A stretch of 64,000 nucleotides of DNA from an uncultured Candidatus Saccharimonadales bacterium (GCA_964609585.1 CAZSRA010000001.1:45816-109815); one strand, 5' to 3'; counted from the first letter of the stretch, positions 9,601 to 17,200 are shown. Notes: generated from the sequence alone by a model not told the origin. Made by a program: numbers and translations.

Positions 9601-11378
9601 ACACCTTTGGGGGCATTACGAGTGGTTCAACGGCCGCGACCAATAACATTTACTGGGCACGGCTGGATCCCAGTACGGGTGGACCGGCAACTTTTGTGAA
9701 TACAAATATTGGTAATACCCCTGCGGGCACAGCGGGGCTGACGACGGCTCGGCATCAGATCGCTGCGGTGACAGCAAATGGGGTGATGTATATTCTCGGA
9801 GGATGCACGAGTACCCTGGCGCTAGGGGCAACAAACTTTGACGCCTGTACGGCTTTTGTGACTACGGCGCACACGACGGAAGTATTTTTGCCAAATAATG
9901 GCGGGACGGGGGACGTAAATGCGTTTAGTTCGGCTACGGCACTTTCGACGGCCACGGCGGATCATGCGACGGTGGCGTATAACGGCGTTTTGTACGAGAT
10001 TGGTGGGTGTACCGCGTATACCACGGGCGTGTGTACATCGGGGTCGAACTCGAACGCGATTTCGCAGGCGCCGATTAATCCGGATACGGCGACTGCGCCG
10101 GGGCAGCTGGGGAGCTGGTCGACTTCGGCAACGACGATTCCGGTGGCGGGGCGGTCGCTGCTTCAGGCAGTGGCGTATAACGGGTATCTGTATGTGATTG
10201 GCGGTCGGACGGATTCCACGGCGGCGGTTGGGACTGTGGCATATACGACGATTGGTAGTACCGGAACCCTCGGGACTTCGTGGAATAATGCCGACCTCCC
10301 GAGTGGTGCGGAGCGCAATGCCTTTGGGGCGACGGTTTTGAACGGCTTTATTTATGTGGCGGGTGGCGATAACGGCTCCGGGACGAAGAAGAGTGACGTG
10401 TATTATGCGCAGATTAGTACTGTGGACGGAAGTCTGGGGACATGGACACAGAATACCAACTCGTTTACGACGGCGCGGTCGGCCTTGAGCGTGGTGGGTT
10501 ATAACGGGCGGCTGTATGTGATTGGAGGAACAGATGGTACGAATACTTTGACGGATGTGCAGTTCGCGACTCAAGCGAATGATGGGTCGCTTGGGACGTT
10601 TAGCTACACCGGGGATGTGTCGAGGGGTATGAGTTTTAGGCAAGCGGTGGGGGCGAATGGCTACTTGTATTTTGTGGGCGATGAAGGCGACGGTACGGAA
10701 CTTCAGTATGCGGACATTAATGCCAATGGAACGCTTGGGCCGATGAGCCGGGCAACGCACGTGATGGCTGGGGCTCATGCGCATGGGGCCATGTCGTGGT
10801 TTGGTGGGTTTTTCTACGAAATTGGTGGCTGTACGATGACGGCAGGTGCATGTACGACGGGCGGGCTTTTGACATCCGACGAGTTTGCGGGCCAGGAAGT
10901 GATTTCGCGAGTGGGGCATTATTCGAAATTGTTTAATACGCAGGTGGATACATCGCCGACGCAGCTGGTAATTAATGGGGCCAACAATGGACCTGGGGCG
11001 GCGGTGGAGTTTAAACTGCAAACGGCGAGCTCGGCGGACCCGGTGTTGGGCGTGGCGCAATTGATTCGGCCGGTGATTTTTAACAATTTCTACAATGTGC
11101 AGGCGTTGAACTCGAGCGGCGCGAATGTGGGGGTGGCGCTGAACTATCTATTTTTGATCACGCTTGATGACAGCCGGTCTGGGACGTTTCCGGATGTGTC
11201 TTACGCTGGGGCGACCGGTTTTGCGCAGACGGCCGTAACAGATATTACCTTGTACTACCACGCAAACCCGGGTCGTCGCCTCAGGCACGGAGCGTCGTTT
11301 ACGTCGACGGACTGCAACCCGGCGATTCCGGCATCATTGCCGTCGACGGCGGGGTGTTTGCTCGATACGGCGCCGTAA
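6621..11378 (+). CDS. Giant Kelch-repeat beta-propeller protein (1585 aa) with an N-terminal TM anchor. The start is TTG 6621, with an alternative ATG at 6645.
   Basis: There are more than 20 Kelch-type repeats of the form 'YNG(Y/F)(L/I)Y(V/A)IGG' (e.g. YNGFLYLIGGGSG, LNGFIYVAGGDNG, YNGRLYVIGGTDG). The N-terminal hydrophobic helix is ALSIAVILAGIVAPIADWV. The gene begins 4 nt after the stop of the upstream giant gene. Confidence 0.8.
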   Translation: MILRARQIMLMVMSDGAQKFWRRLMLERRRALGSAARLRARGWQGVKRVDIRKPLHALSIAVILAGIVAPIADWVATNEQYRMSDAIKAVAESAAPDFENKLLYDGSKHASIFNAAGGDVGKDALAGEVGGGKNQLYTSTLPDDPSQGVEVADNVNHVSVRFVPQMGLLGGRTENGHVVYPLKDAAGQMIFTPKGNGLKEDIVLTTAPKNDVVEFHYHLVFPSSLVARLEDDGSIGFYSGDPQLFGNISYGSDKDRAAVDKARENSPKTYLMFRIPAPRIRETGKSTTVAARFNLSGNDLTVRAAGLGKAHYPLSIDPTFLLTSTADFVLGSIDDNIDLSVANQVGRQALVGGSTPGWTALAAPNLTYANFASSLVAYNGFLYLIGGGSGNNTTNGGAGASGTTSNDVRYICLNPTTGALGTNGGCTPAAWTNTGNSLLGTARQGLVAFGFNGYLYAIGGEDNSGNPITTASGHTVEYAKINSDGTVGTWNYGSSLNTARSYPAGAIYQGILYVMGGTSANNNTTPVSTIEWARIKGDGTLGTWTQSTSSATGNLTSARSKFQGGAYNGFVYVSGGQTSSTTVINTIQYAPIHSDGSLGAWVTTTAFPTARRDHGMAINNGYVYVFAGCTGAAEPCASFIKDMQYAVINPDGSIGQWQSSLPYDSGHVDNVADYNTRMPAGVTSYSNHLYFVGGCSAETATNNCGTQLVGTFISNIDAVGRFDQGLSNLQTTVPYNNNASTVARMGGGAVALNGYLYYISGSATSGGTAYSSVVEDTPINADGTLGTFSTTTALPASVAGDNAGRVGFTVAAYNNKIYVIGGVELLTAGGDNFMKYVLTGTQGSSGAITGWVVETNTIPRFVGSTSDGVGYHTTVQWHNYIYVIGGFNGTQVSADIMYSQIQSNGTLGTWNTTTNGLSQARWAAAGGIWGNWLYAVGGEANAAGTTFVGTTGANHAVEQFTIQSNGNITSASTGYAYPISQRHANGFVQNGYLYTFGGITSGSTAATNNIYWARLDPSTGGPATFVNTNIGNTPAGTAGLTTARHQIAAVTANGVMYILGGCTSTLALGATNFDACTAFVTTAHTTEVFLPNNGGTGDVNAFSSATALSTATADHATVAYNGVLYEIGGCTAYTTGVCTSGSNSNAISQAPINPDTATAPGQLGSWSTSATTIPVAGRSLLQAVAYNGYLYVIGGRTDSTAAVGTVAYTTIGSTGTLGTSWNNADLPSGAERNAFGATVLNGFIYVAGGDNGSGTKKSDVYYAQISTVDGSLGTWTQNTNSFTTARSALSVVGYNGRLYVIGGTDGTNTLTDVQFATQANDGSLGTFSYTGDVSRGMSFRQAVGANGYLYFVGDEGDGTELQYADINANGTLGPMSRATHVMAGAHAHGAMSWFGGFFYEIGGCTMTAGACTTGGLLTSDEFAGQEVISRVGHYSKLFNTQVDTSPTQLVINGANNGPGAAVEFKLQTASSADPVLGVAQLIRPVIFNNFYNVQALNSSGANVGVALNYLFLITLDDSRSGTFPDVSYAGATGFAQTAVTDITLYYHANPGRRLRHGASFTSTDCNPAIPASLPSTAGCLLDTAP

Positions 11379-11393
11379 AGGTGCTAGCTATCG

Positions 11394-11468
11394 GAATAAT
11401 AATATCGGTTGCTGCGGAACTCGCTGAGCTCAGACAGTCCTCGCTAACCGATATATTATTATTCTTTT
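11394..11468 (+). terminator. Long hairpin followed by a T-tract after the Kelch giant gene.
   Basis: Stem gaataataatatcggtt (11394-11410) pairs with aaccgatatattattattc (11446-11464). It is followed by tttt at 11465-11468. Confidence 0.5.
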
Positions 11469-11528
11469 AGCTTTGTCGCCCGATAATGTGCCGGGCTCCT
11501 TGGCTACGGACATGGTAGAATAACGCTA

Positions 11529-13838
11529 ATGCTTAGTTTTAGAAGACGGCTTGGGATGGTCGGACTGGCGGCAGCTCTCGTAGTGGGCTTGCTGCCGGTG
11601 CCGGTTGGGGCAAGCATTGATTCGTGTGGCGCGTCGATCTCGCCGTCGTCGATGGGGCCGGGGACCGATACGGTCATTAATGTGCAGGTGATGAATGTAT
11701 CGGGTCCGACGATGGTATGGGTGCAGATTGTGCGGCCAAATAGCGATTATACGATTAGTGGAGCTACGCTAGACGGCTGGAGCGGGAACGTGTCGGCTAA
11801 TGCGGTGGTGTTTACGGGTGGAACTTTGGATGGGGACGGCCGGATGACGGCTCAGCTAACGGTGCATGCGGTGGCTTGGCAGAGCGCGCCGGCCAACTGG
11901 ACGGTGCGGGCTTCGGATAGCACGTTTGGGGCGAGCGCATTGGATTGCACCGGCTCACGGTCGACGACGATTCAGACTTACTTATCGCCGGATAATCAGG
12001 GAGCGGGTATTTCGGCGGTAACAGCGCAGCCGACGGCTACAACGGCAGTGGTGCGTTGGCATAGTGATGTGCCAACGGGATCTGGTGTGGCGTACGGTAC
12101 GACGAGTGATTATAGCTCGAGTTCGCCGTACGATTCGACCCTGGTGACGGATCATGCGGTGACGCTTGGAGGACTGGAGCCGGCTACTGGCTATCATTTT
12201 CAAGTGGCAGGACTTGATGATGGGAATGCGCCGTATTATTCGGGAGATAACACATTTTTGACTGCGGTGGCTCCGCCGAGCGGAGGCGGCGGATCGAGCG
12301 GGGGAGGCGGGAGTTCGGCCAATGCTGGAGGGGCCACAAACCCTACCAAGGTTGTGACGAGTGGCCTGACAGCACCGCGCGGGACCATTGCGATTAGCCA
12401 GGCGCCGACTGAGGTAGTGCCACCAACAGTGGTGGTAACTACGAGCATGGCCCGGCCTTTTACGGTGGATCCGGTGATTACGGGCGCAGCGGGTGATAAT
12501 GTGGCGGTGGCGAGGATAGATTACTCGCTTGATGGTGGGAAGAGCTGGATTGTGGTGCCGAGTCCGTCTGGGCTGGGCACGAAGCGAGTGGTTTTTACCT
12601 TTACGGCAGCAGGGCTCGATGATGCCAATTATATTCTGGTGGTAAGGGCCACCGATACTTCGGGAAATATTGCTACCACGGCACCTGCGACGCTGGTGGT
12701 AGACCGGGAGCCGCCACGGATCGGGGCGGAGCTGGTGTCGTTTGGGTCACAGGTAGCCTCACTGGACGGGGCGGGACAGCAGCATGCGGCCGTGGGAGTA
12801 GACCAGATGGTGACATTAAATGCTGTAGGAGGGCCGGTAACAATAACGATTGGCGCGACTCGAATTGGGGCTACACGGTTTGGGCAGAGCTTTTCTTTGC
12901 GCCATGATTTGGATAGTGGTTTGTGGTCGGGAGTGTTGGCGTTTAGTGCCGCGGGGACCTACCGGCTGGTGGTGACGGCGGTAGACGGGGCGGGTAATCA
13001 GACGGTTCGGAGTTTGTCGGACGTGGTGGTGAGCGCACCGGCACGGGTGGTGGGGGCAGAGCATGGGCGAGCCTTGGCCGGAGCTCGGGTGACGTTGTAT
13101 TCATTTCTCGCAGCTTCAAGCCAATGGGTGGAATGGGACGGTGGGGCTTATGGAGAGGCCAATCCGCTCCATACTAAGGTTGACGGGACGTTTGCAATGC
13201 TGGCGCCGGTAGGCAAGTACTACTTGAAGGTTGAGGCGCCAGGGTATCAGACGCTGGTAACTCAGGAATTTAGCGTGAATCATGCGACGGCGCTGGTACC
13301 AATTTTGCGACTGGCGGCTACGCCGCTGCTGCATCTGGGAAGCTGGTCGTGGCCACTGCCAGGCATAACATTGTCGCAGACGCGAGTGTCGGCTGAGGGC
13401 GTGACGAACGCAACAAACGCGGTCAGTTCTGCCTCGGAGGGTGGGCGTTTGCCGACTTTTCGACTGCCGACAACGGCTGATGGTACGGATACTCCGGTGG
13501 GACTTCAGGGTAAACCTACACTGATAACAATGCTTGCAACCTGGGCGCCTACTACGGCTGAGCAATTGCCGGCTTTGGCCGAGCTTGGTAAATCCCGGAG
13601 TGACGTAAATGTGGTGCCGCTTTATCTGGGTGAGCGGTTGGGTAAGGTGCAAACGACCCTTGCCCAGGCGGGTTACGACCTAGTCGCTATGGTAGATACC
13701 CAGGCATTGCTTGGGGACGAGCTGGGTGTACCGAACGTACCGAAGCACTATTTTGTGGATAGTAATGGCAAGGTGATGGCGAGCTATGTGGGTGTTCTAT
13801 CGGCCAAAGAGCTTGCGGACCGATTGAGCGGATTGTAG
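11529..13838 (+). CDS. Secreted multi-domain protein (769 aa). Order: signal peptide, Ig-like domain with two Cys, FN3/PAP-N-like domain, Gly/Ser linker, Ig-like domain, CarboxypepD_reg/Cna-B-like domain, C-terminal Cys-less TlpA/ResA-like thioredoxin fold.
   Basis: The N-terminus MLSFRRRLGMVGLAAALVVGLLPVPVGA is a signal peptide. 'VVRWHSDVPTGSGVAYGTT...GYHFQVAG' is FN3-like. 'ARIDYSLDGGKSW' is Ig-like. The C-terminus 'GKPTLITMLATWAPTTAEQLPALAEL...HYFVDSNGKVMASYVGVLSAKELADRL' aligns to the TlpA WCxPC region, but both Cys are replaced (WAPTT). It is a paralog of 34736..37039. Confidence 0.75.
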   Translation: MLSFRRRLGMVGLAAALVVGLLPVPVGASIDSCGASISPSSMGPGTDTVINVQVMNVSGPTMVWVQIVRPNSDYTISGATLDGWSGNVSANAVVFTGGTLDGDGRMTAQLTVHAVAWQSAPANWTVRASDSTFGASALDCTGSRSTTIQTYLSPDNQGAGISAVTAQPTATTAVVRWHSDVPTGSGVAYGTTSDYSSSSPYDSTLVTDHAVTLGGLEPATGYHFQVAGLDDGNAPYYSGDNTFLTAVAPPSGGGGSSGGGGSSANAGGATNPTKVVTSGLTAPRGTIAISQAPTEVVPPTVVVTTSMARPFTVDPVITGAAGDNVAVARIDYSLDGGKSWIVVPSPSGLGTKRVVFTFTAAGLDDANYILVVRATDTSGNIATTAPATLVVDREPPRIGAELVSFGSQVASLDGAGQQHAAVGVDQMVTLNAVGGPVTITIGATRIGATRFGQSFSLRHDLDSGLWSGVLAFSAAGTYRLVVTAVDGAGNQTVRSLSDVVVSAPARVVGAEHGRALAGARVTLYSFLAASSQWVEWDGGAYGEANPLHTKVDGTFAMLAPVGKYYLKVEAPGYQTLVTQEFSVNHATALVPILRLAATPLLHLGSWSWPLPGITLSQTRVSAEGVTNATNAVSSASEGGRLPTFRLPTTADGTDTPVGLQGKPTLITMLATWAPTTAEQLPALAELGKSRSDVNVVPLYLGERLGKVQTTLAQAGYDLVAMVDTQALLGDELGVPNVPKHYFVDSNGKVMASYVGVLSAKELADRLSGL

Positions 13839-13850
13839 AAAGTTTGTTTT

Positions 13851-14552
13851 TTAAGCGCTTGGAGTAGTGGACGGAGGCGTGACGGTTGGCGCTTCGGTGA
13901 CTGGAGCTTGAGCGGGTGCGGGCATAGCTGCGGGTGCAGTTGGTGCCACTGCTGGAATAGCGGCGGGTGCTGCGGCCTCTGACGGCGGCGTAGCAGGAGC
14001 TGCTGGGGCTGTTGCCGGAGCGGCGGGTGTGGGCGTCGAAGGAATTGCGGGTGCTGCCGGAGTGGTGGGTGCTGGAGCTGTTGCTGCCGGCACTGCAGGA
14101 GTGGGTACGGCAGCGGGAGCTGCTGCCGGCGCGGTTGTTGCGGCCGGAGCCGGAGCCGCGGCACTGGCGGTTAAGACTTCTTTAACGATACTTGCCACAT
14201 CTTTGGGGTCGTGTTCACTTTTAATGATGTATTTGACGGCACCTTTGGCAATGGCGGATTCAGCGTCTTGTTGACCGGCGAGGTTGGTGAGCATAATAAC
14301 GGGAGTGGCCTTGAGTTTGGGGTCGGCTTTGACCTGCTCGAGAGCAGCAAGGCCGTTTAGCCGGGGCATCATGACGTCTAGAATCATGAGAGTCGGTGGA
14401 TTTTCGCGAGCTTTGTCGAGGGCATCTTGGCCGTCAACGGCCATTTGGACTTGGTAGCCTTCGAAATTGAAAACTTTTTCGTAAAGGCGAGCCATCATTG
14501 GGTCATCTTCTGCGATAAGGATGCGTGTAATCATGGCTTGATTGTACCTCAT
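13851..14552 (-). CDS. Stand-alone response-regulator receiver domain (CheY-like) with a ~110-aa Pro/Ala/Thr-rich C-terminal low-complexity tail and no DNA-binding output domain.
   Basis: Receiver signature residues are present: AEDDPMM, LMILDVMMP (phospho-acceptor Asp), LTNL (Thr) and KYIIK (Lys). The tail is APAPAATTAPAAAPAAVPTPAVP... It sits last in a minus-strand operon after the 311-aa surface protein and the sensor-like membrane protein. Confidence 0.8.
   Translation of the reverse strand: MRYNQAMITRILIAEDDPMMARLYEKVFNFEGYQVQMAVDGQDALDKARENPPTLMILDVMMPRLNGLAALEQVKADPKLKATPVIMLTNLAGQQDAESAIAKGAVKYIIKSEHDPKDVASIVKEVLTASAAAPAPAATTAPAAAPAAVPTPAVPAATAPAPTTPAAPAIPSTPTPAAPATAPAAPATPPSEAAAPAAIPAVAPTAPAAMPAPAQAPVTEAPTVTPPSTTPSA
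13860..14200. repeat. Low-complexity GC-rich coding repeat (gctgc/gccgg periodicity) encoding the Pro/Ala/Thr tail of the receiver protein.
   Basis: Direct reading shows imperfect short tandem repeats. The opposite-strand ORF 14029..14274 (Gly/Ala/Val-rich) is its antisense artefact. Confidence 0.6.
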
Positions 14553-14565
14553 ATTTTAGGAGTTA

Positions 14566-16152
14566 TTAATGGAGTTGGCGAGAAATTTGGCTGGCAAGGG
14601 CAAAAACGGGAATTGTGATTACGAGCAGGGCAAGCGATGCGCCGATAAAAGTGAGGCCAACAGCGCTTTTGGCGCTACTTAGCACCACGTCTTGGGGCTG
14701 GCCGACAAAGAGCATGCCGACAACGGTATTATTAATGTTTTTGAGTGGTAGGTACACGGATAAATAGGGTTGGCCCGCGATAGTAAAGATGCCTTTGGAG
14801 ATTTGGCCGTGTTTGATGGTGGTATCGAGTACTTGAGCGTGCGTTTCCTTGGTGCCGATGGAGCGCGAAACACCATCTAGCTCGGTGAGGGTGCTGGCGG
14901 CTCTAATGGTGCCGCTATAAACGGCGCTGTCAAGACCGGTTTTGTGTTTGAGGCCGTCGGCGAAGGCGTTGTCGAGTGCTAGGCTTACCAGGGCGGTGCC
15001 AATGATCTGGCCATTTTGTTTGATGGGGCTGGCGGTGGTGATGACGAGGGTGGGGGCGAGGGCGCCGGAATGGGCGGCGAAGCTGGAGTTGGTAGCGTTG
15101 TTTAGGGCTCGCTGTACCAGTGGGTCGTTTGAAAGTGAGTCGCCGGAGCGCTCAGGATCGGAGGCGCGGGACAAGATTCTGCCGGCGTCGTCGGTGATGA
15201 TGACCTCAGAGAGCTGTTTATTTATGAGGAGGCTACCGGTGATGTTCGTAAGTGCGGTGTGATCGTGGGCGGTGGTGGCGGCGATTGTTGCGGGGTCGCT
15301 TGCTAGAACTTCGGCATTGGTGCGGGTGTCGGCGGTTTTGCTATCGACGGCGTAGCTGAGAACTTTGCTGGTGGTTTCGAGGCTTGCGAGCGAATCGCGC
15401 TGGAGACTGCTTAGCAGGAGGGCGGAAACGCTGGTGGTGGCCGTTAGAACGATGGCGAAGGTGAGACTTGTGATGGTGAGGAATAACTGGCCGAGGAGGC
15501 GTTTGGTGAGATAACGCCAGACCCAGCGGGCAAGGAGGGCGGAACCAACGAGAATGGCCAGGTGTTCTAGTATCCAAAAAGGGCCGAAAACGGTAATGAA
15601 TGGCTGGAGGAGGGGATTACTACTGGTGCTCCAAAGTTGCGAGACGGCGAAGCTGTCGGAGAGCGTGAACGTGAGAAAAACGACAGCCAGGGGCTTTAAA
15701 TGTCGTTCAAGGCCGCGGGTGGCAATGCGCCAGTAGACGAGGCTTGTTGTGAAAGCGGCGATAGGTAAGAGGCTGGTGAGGCCGGTAGTGACTTGGGGCG
15801 GGATGATGGCGGCTGGAATCCAAGCTGGGGACGGGGTGTAGCCAGTGGTTTTGGGGCGGGGTTGAAGCGGGACAATGAGATTTCCGGTGATAATGCCGAT
15901 GTAGCCGGCAAACTTGAGCAGGTTTGCGATGAGGCCGATAAGACCAGGATTTCCCCAGGTGGCTCCGTTCATGAGGAAACCGGCGGCGAGTAATAGAAAA
16001 CCGCCACCTTTCGTGATCTCGGTGAGGTGGCGACGTTCGACCCAGGCATCCAGAAACAGCCAGGCGGCGGAGAGGCAGGCAAGAGCTGCGAATAAGTTGA
16101 TGCCGAAATGAAGGCTTTGGCCAATGAATTGGACAGAGATGACGTCTGGCAT
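14566..16152 (-). CDS. Polytopic membrane protein (528 aa). It has ~6 N-terminal TM helices, an extracytoplasmic Cache-like sensor domain and one C-terminal TM helix. No kinase, HAMP or MCP output domain is present.
   Basis: Hydrophobic helices run through residues ~1-290. TM-embedded motifs RGLERHLKP and FGPFWILEH are conserved in the paralog 37056..38804. The C-terminal part '...YLSVYLPLKNINNTVVGMLFVGQPQ' followed by a TM helix resembles the end of a Cache/sensor domain before TM2 of histidine kinases. The protein stops right after that helix. Confidence 0.65.
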   Translation of the reverse strand: MPDVISVQFIGQSLHFGINLFAALACLSAAWLFLDAWVERRHLTEITKGGGFLLLAAGFLMNGATWGNPGLIGLIANLLKFAGYIGIITGNLIVPLQPRPKTTGYTPSPAWIPAAIIPPQVTTGLTSLLPIAAFTTSLVYWRIATRGLERHLKPLAVVFLTFTLSDSFAVSQLWSTSSNPLLQPFITVFGPFWILEHLAILVGSALLARWVWRYLTKRLLGQLFLTITSLTFAIVLTATTSVSALLLSSLQRDSLASLETTSKVLSYAVDSKTADTRTNAEVLASDPATIAATTAHDHTALTNITGSLLINKQLSEVIITDDAGRILSRASDPERSGDSLSNDPLVQRALNNATNSSFAAHSGALAPTLVITTASPIKQNGQIIGTALVSLALDNAFADGLKHKTGLDSAVYSGTIRAASTLTELDGVSRSIGTKETHAQVLDTTIKHGQISKGIFTIAGQPYLSVYLPLKNINNTVVGMLFVGQPQDVVLSSAKSAVGLTFIGASLALLVITIPVFALASQISRQLH

Positions 16153-17072
16153 TATTGGGCTACAAGATAGTCATAGTTTAGGGCGGAACCGGTGGGGGCG
16201 GGAGAGTCGGTGTGAACCTGGAAACCGCTGGTGGTGCGCGTGATGTAGGCTGGCGTGCTGGCGGCGGCACCGGTGAGTGGGGTGAGCATGACATGCACGG
16301 TACTTGAGTAAGCGGCGCGGAAGGTGATGGTGCCGAGGACGCCAGCGGCGGTGCTCCCGCCAGTATTGAAGTTCAGGGTACCGGTAGTATCGTTGCCGCT
16401 GAGACTCACGGTGCCGCCAGCACCAACGGCGGCACCAGCGACAGCGCCGGGAGCAGCGCCTTGGGTTTGGAGGTGGCTAATGAGAAGCGGGCCGCTGATG
16501 GTGAGCGTATTCACGGCGATGGAGCTGGCATTGAGGGCATTTACACTGGTGGCGCCGGTGACGCTGAGATTGCCGTTGACGGCCGCAAGTCCGGTAACGC
16601 TTAAGCTCTTTTGAAAGGTGGCGAGGCCGGCTACAGTGAGATTTGAGCCGACGTTGAGTCCAGTGAGAGCAGTGGTGCCGGAAATGTTGAGCTCAGAGAG
16701 GGTGACAGGACCATTGGCATTGAAGTGGCCGCCCACACTGAGGTCCCCGCCAACATCGATTTTGCCGCGGAAGATGGTGTCGGCGCCGATGTTTAAGTTT
16801 TGCCCGTTGCTACCGAGGGTGGAGCCGACTTGGCTGAGCCGACTGAGCTCGGCTGGGGTGAGATTGGTGATAGAGGGAGTATTTGTTTTGGGGGCTGGTT
16901 GTTTACTTTTGGCATAAAAATAACCGACGGCGACGCCAATAACTATGAGAAACACGAAAAGCGCCGTGATACTGGCGGCTGTCGTGGCTCTGGCTTGGAG
17001 TTGGTTCCAGCGTGGTCCTTTCGGGCTTGCCTGTGGTTTTATAGGGTTTTGGGAAGGCGTGACTGGGGGCAT
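16152..17072 (-). CDS. Membrane-anchored surface protein (~306 aa) with beta-helix-like S/T/G/N repeats. The ATG at 17072 is preferred; the ORF track starts at TTG 17087.
   Basis: The RBS gaggaact lies 4 nt before ATG 17072. The TM helix is ITALFVFLIVIGVAVGYFYA. Repeats include 'LNISGTTALTGLNVGSNLTVAGLATFQKSLSVTGLAAVNGNLSVTGATSVNALN'. Its stop overlaps the start of the next gene (TAATG), suggesting translational coupling. Confidence 0.6.
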   Translation of the reverse strand: MPPVTPSQNPIKPQASPKGPRWNQLQARATTAASITALFVFLIVIGVAVGYFYAKSKQPAPKTNTPSITNLTPAELSRLSQVGSTLGSNGQNLNIGADTIFRGKIDVGGDLSVGGHFNANGPVTLSELNISGTTALTGLNVGSNLTVAGLATFQKSLSVTGLAAVNGNLSVTGATSVNALNASSIAVNTLTISGPLLISHLQTQGAAPGAVAGAAVGAGGTVSLSGNDTTGTLNFNTGGSTAAGVLGTITFRAAYSSTVHVMLTPLTGAAASTPAYITRTTSGFQVHTDSPAPTGSALNYDYLVAQ

Positions 17073-17100
17073 AGTTCCTCGAACCAATTGATGATTGTAG

Positions 17101-17125
17101 GCATTATAACGCTTATGCCTGGCTG
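17101..17125. promoter_or_regulatory. Conserved -10-like motif 'ttataacgcttatgcctggctga' in the divergent intergenic region. On the minus strand it reads as a perfect TATAAT 34 nt upstream of ATG 17072.
   Basis: The motif recurs upstream of 18104 (tttataatgcttatgttaggctga). Similar motifs lie upstream of 21149 (tataagcttaag) and 38910 (tataagcgttag). Confidence 0.35.
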
Positions 17126-17200
17126 ATGCTATTTAAGCTGAGCCAAGCCAAGCATGAGCGGATTTGCGAAATGTGTTCTAATGCGCCAAGATGATACTTA

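Noticed and set aside
8283-11060. Long antisense ORFs inside the Kelch giant gene (8283..9587 minus, 9822..11060 minus, 7614..8258 minus). Similar ones in other giants include 1706..2542, 26603..27262, 36452..37459 and 37908..38801.
   Set aside because: They are Arg/Pro/His/Ser-rich or low-complexity translations typical of the reverse strand of GC-rich, codon-biased genes. They fully overlap genes with strong domain evidence and have no RBS or domain support.
14029-14274. Plus-strand ORF encoding a Gly/Ala/Val polymer.
   Set aside because: It is the antisense of the Pro/Ala/Thr-rich tail of the receiver gene on the minus strand.
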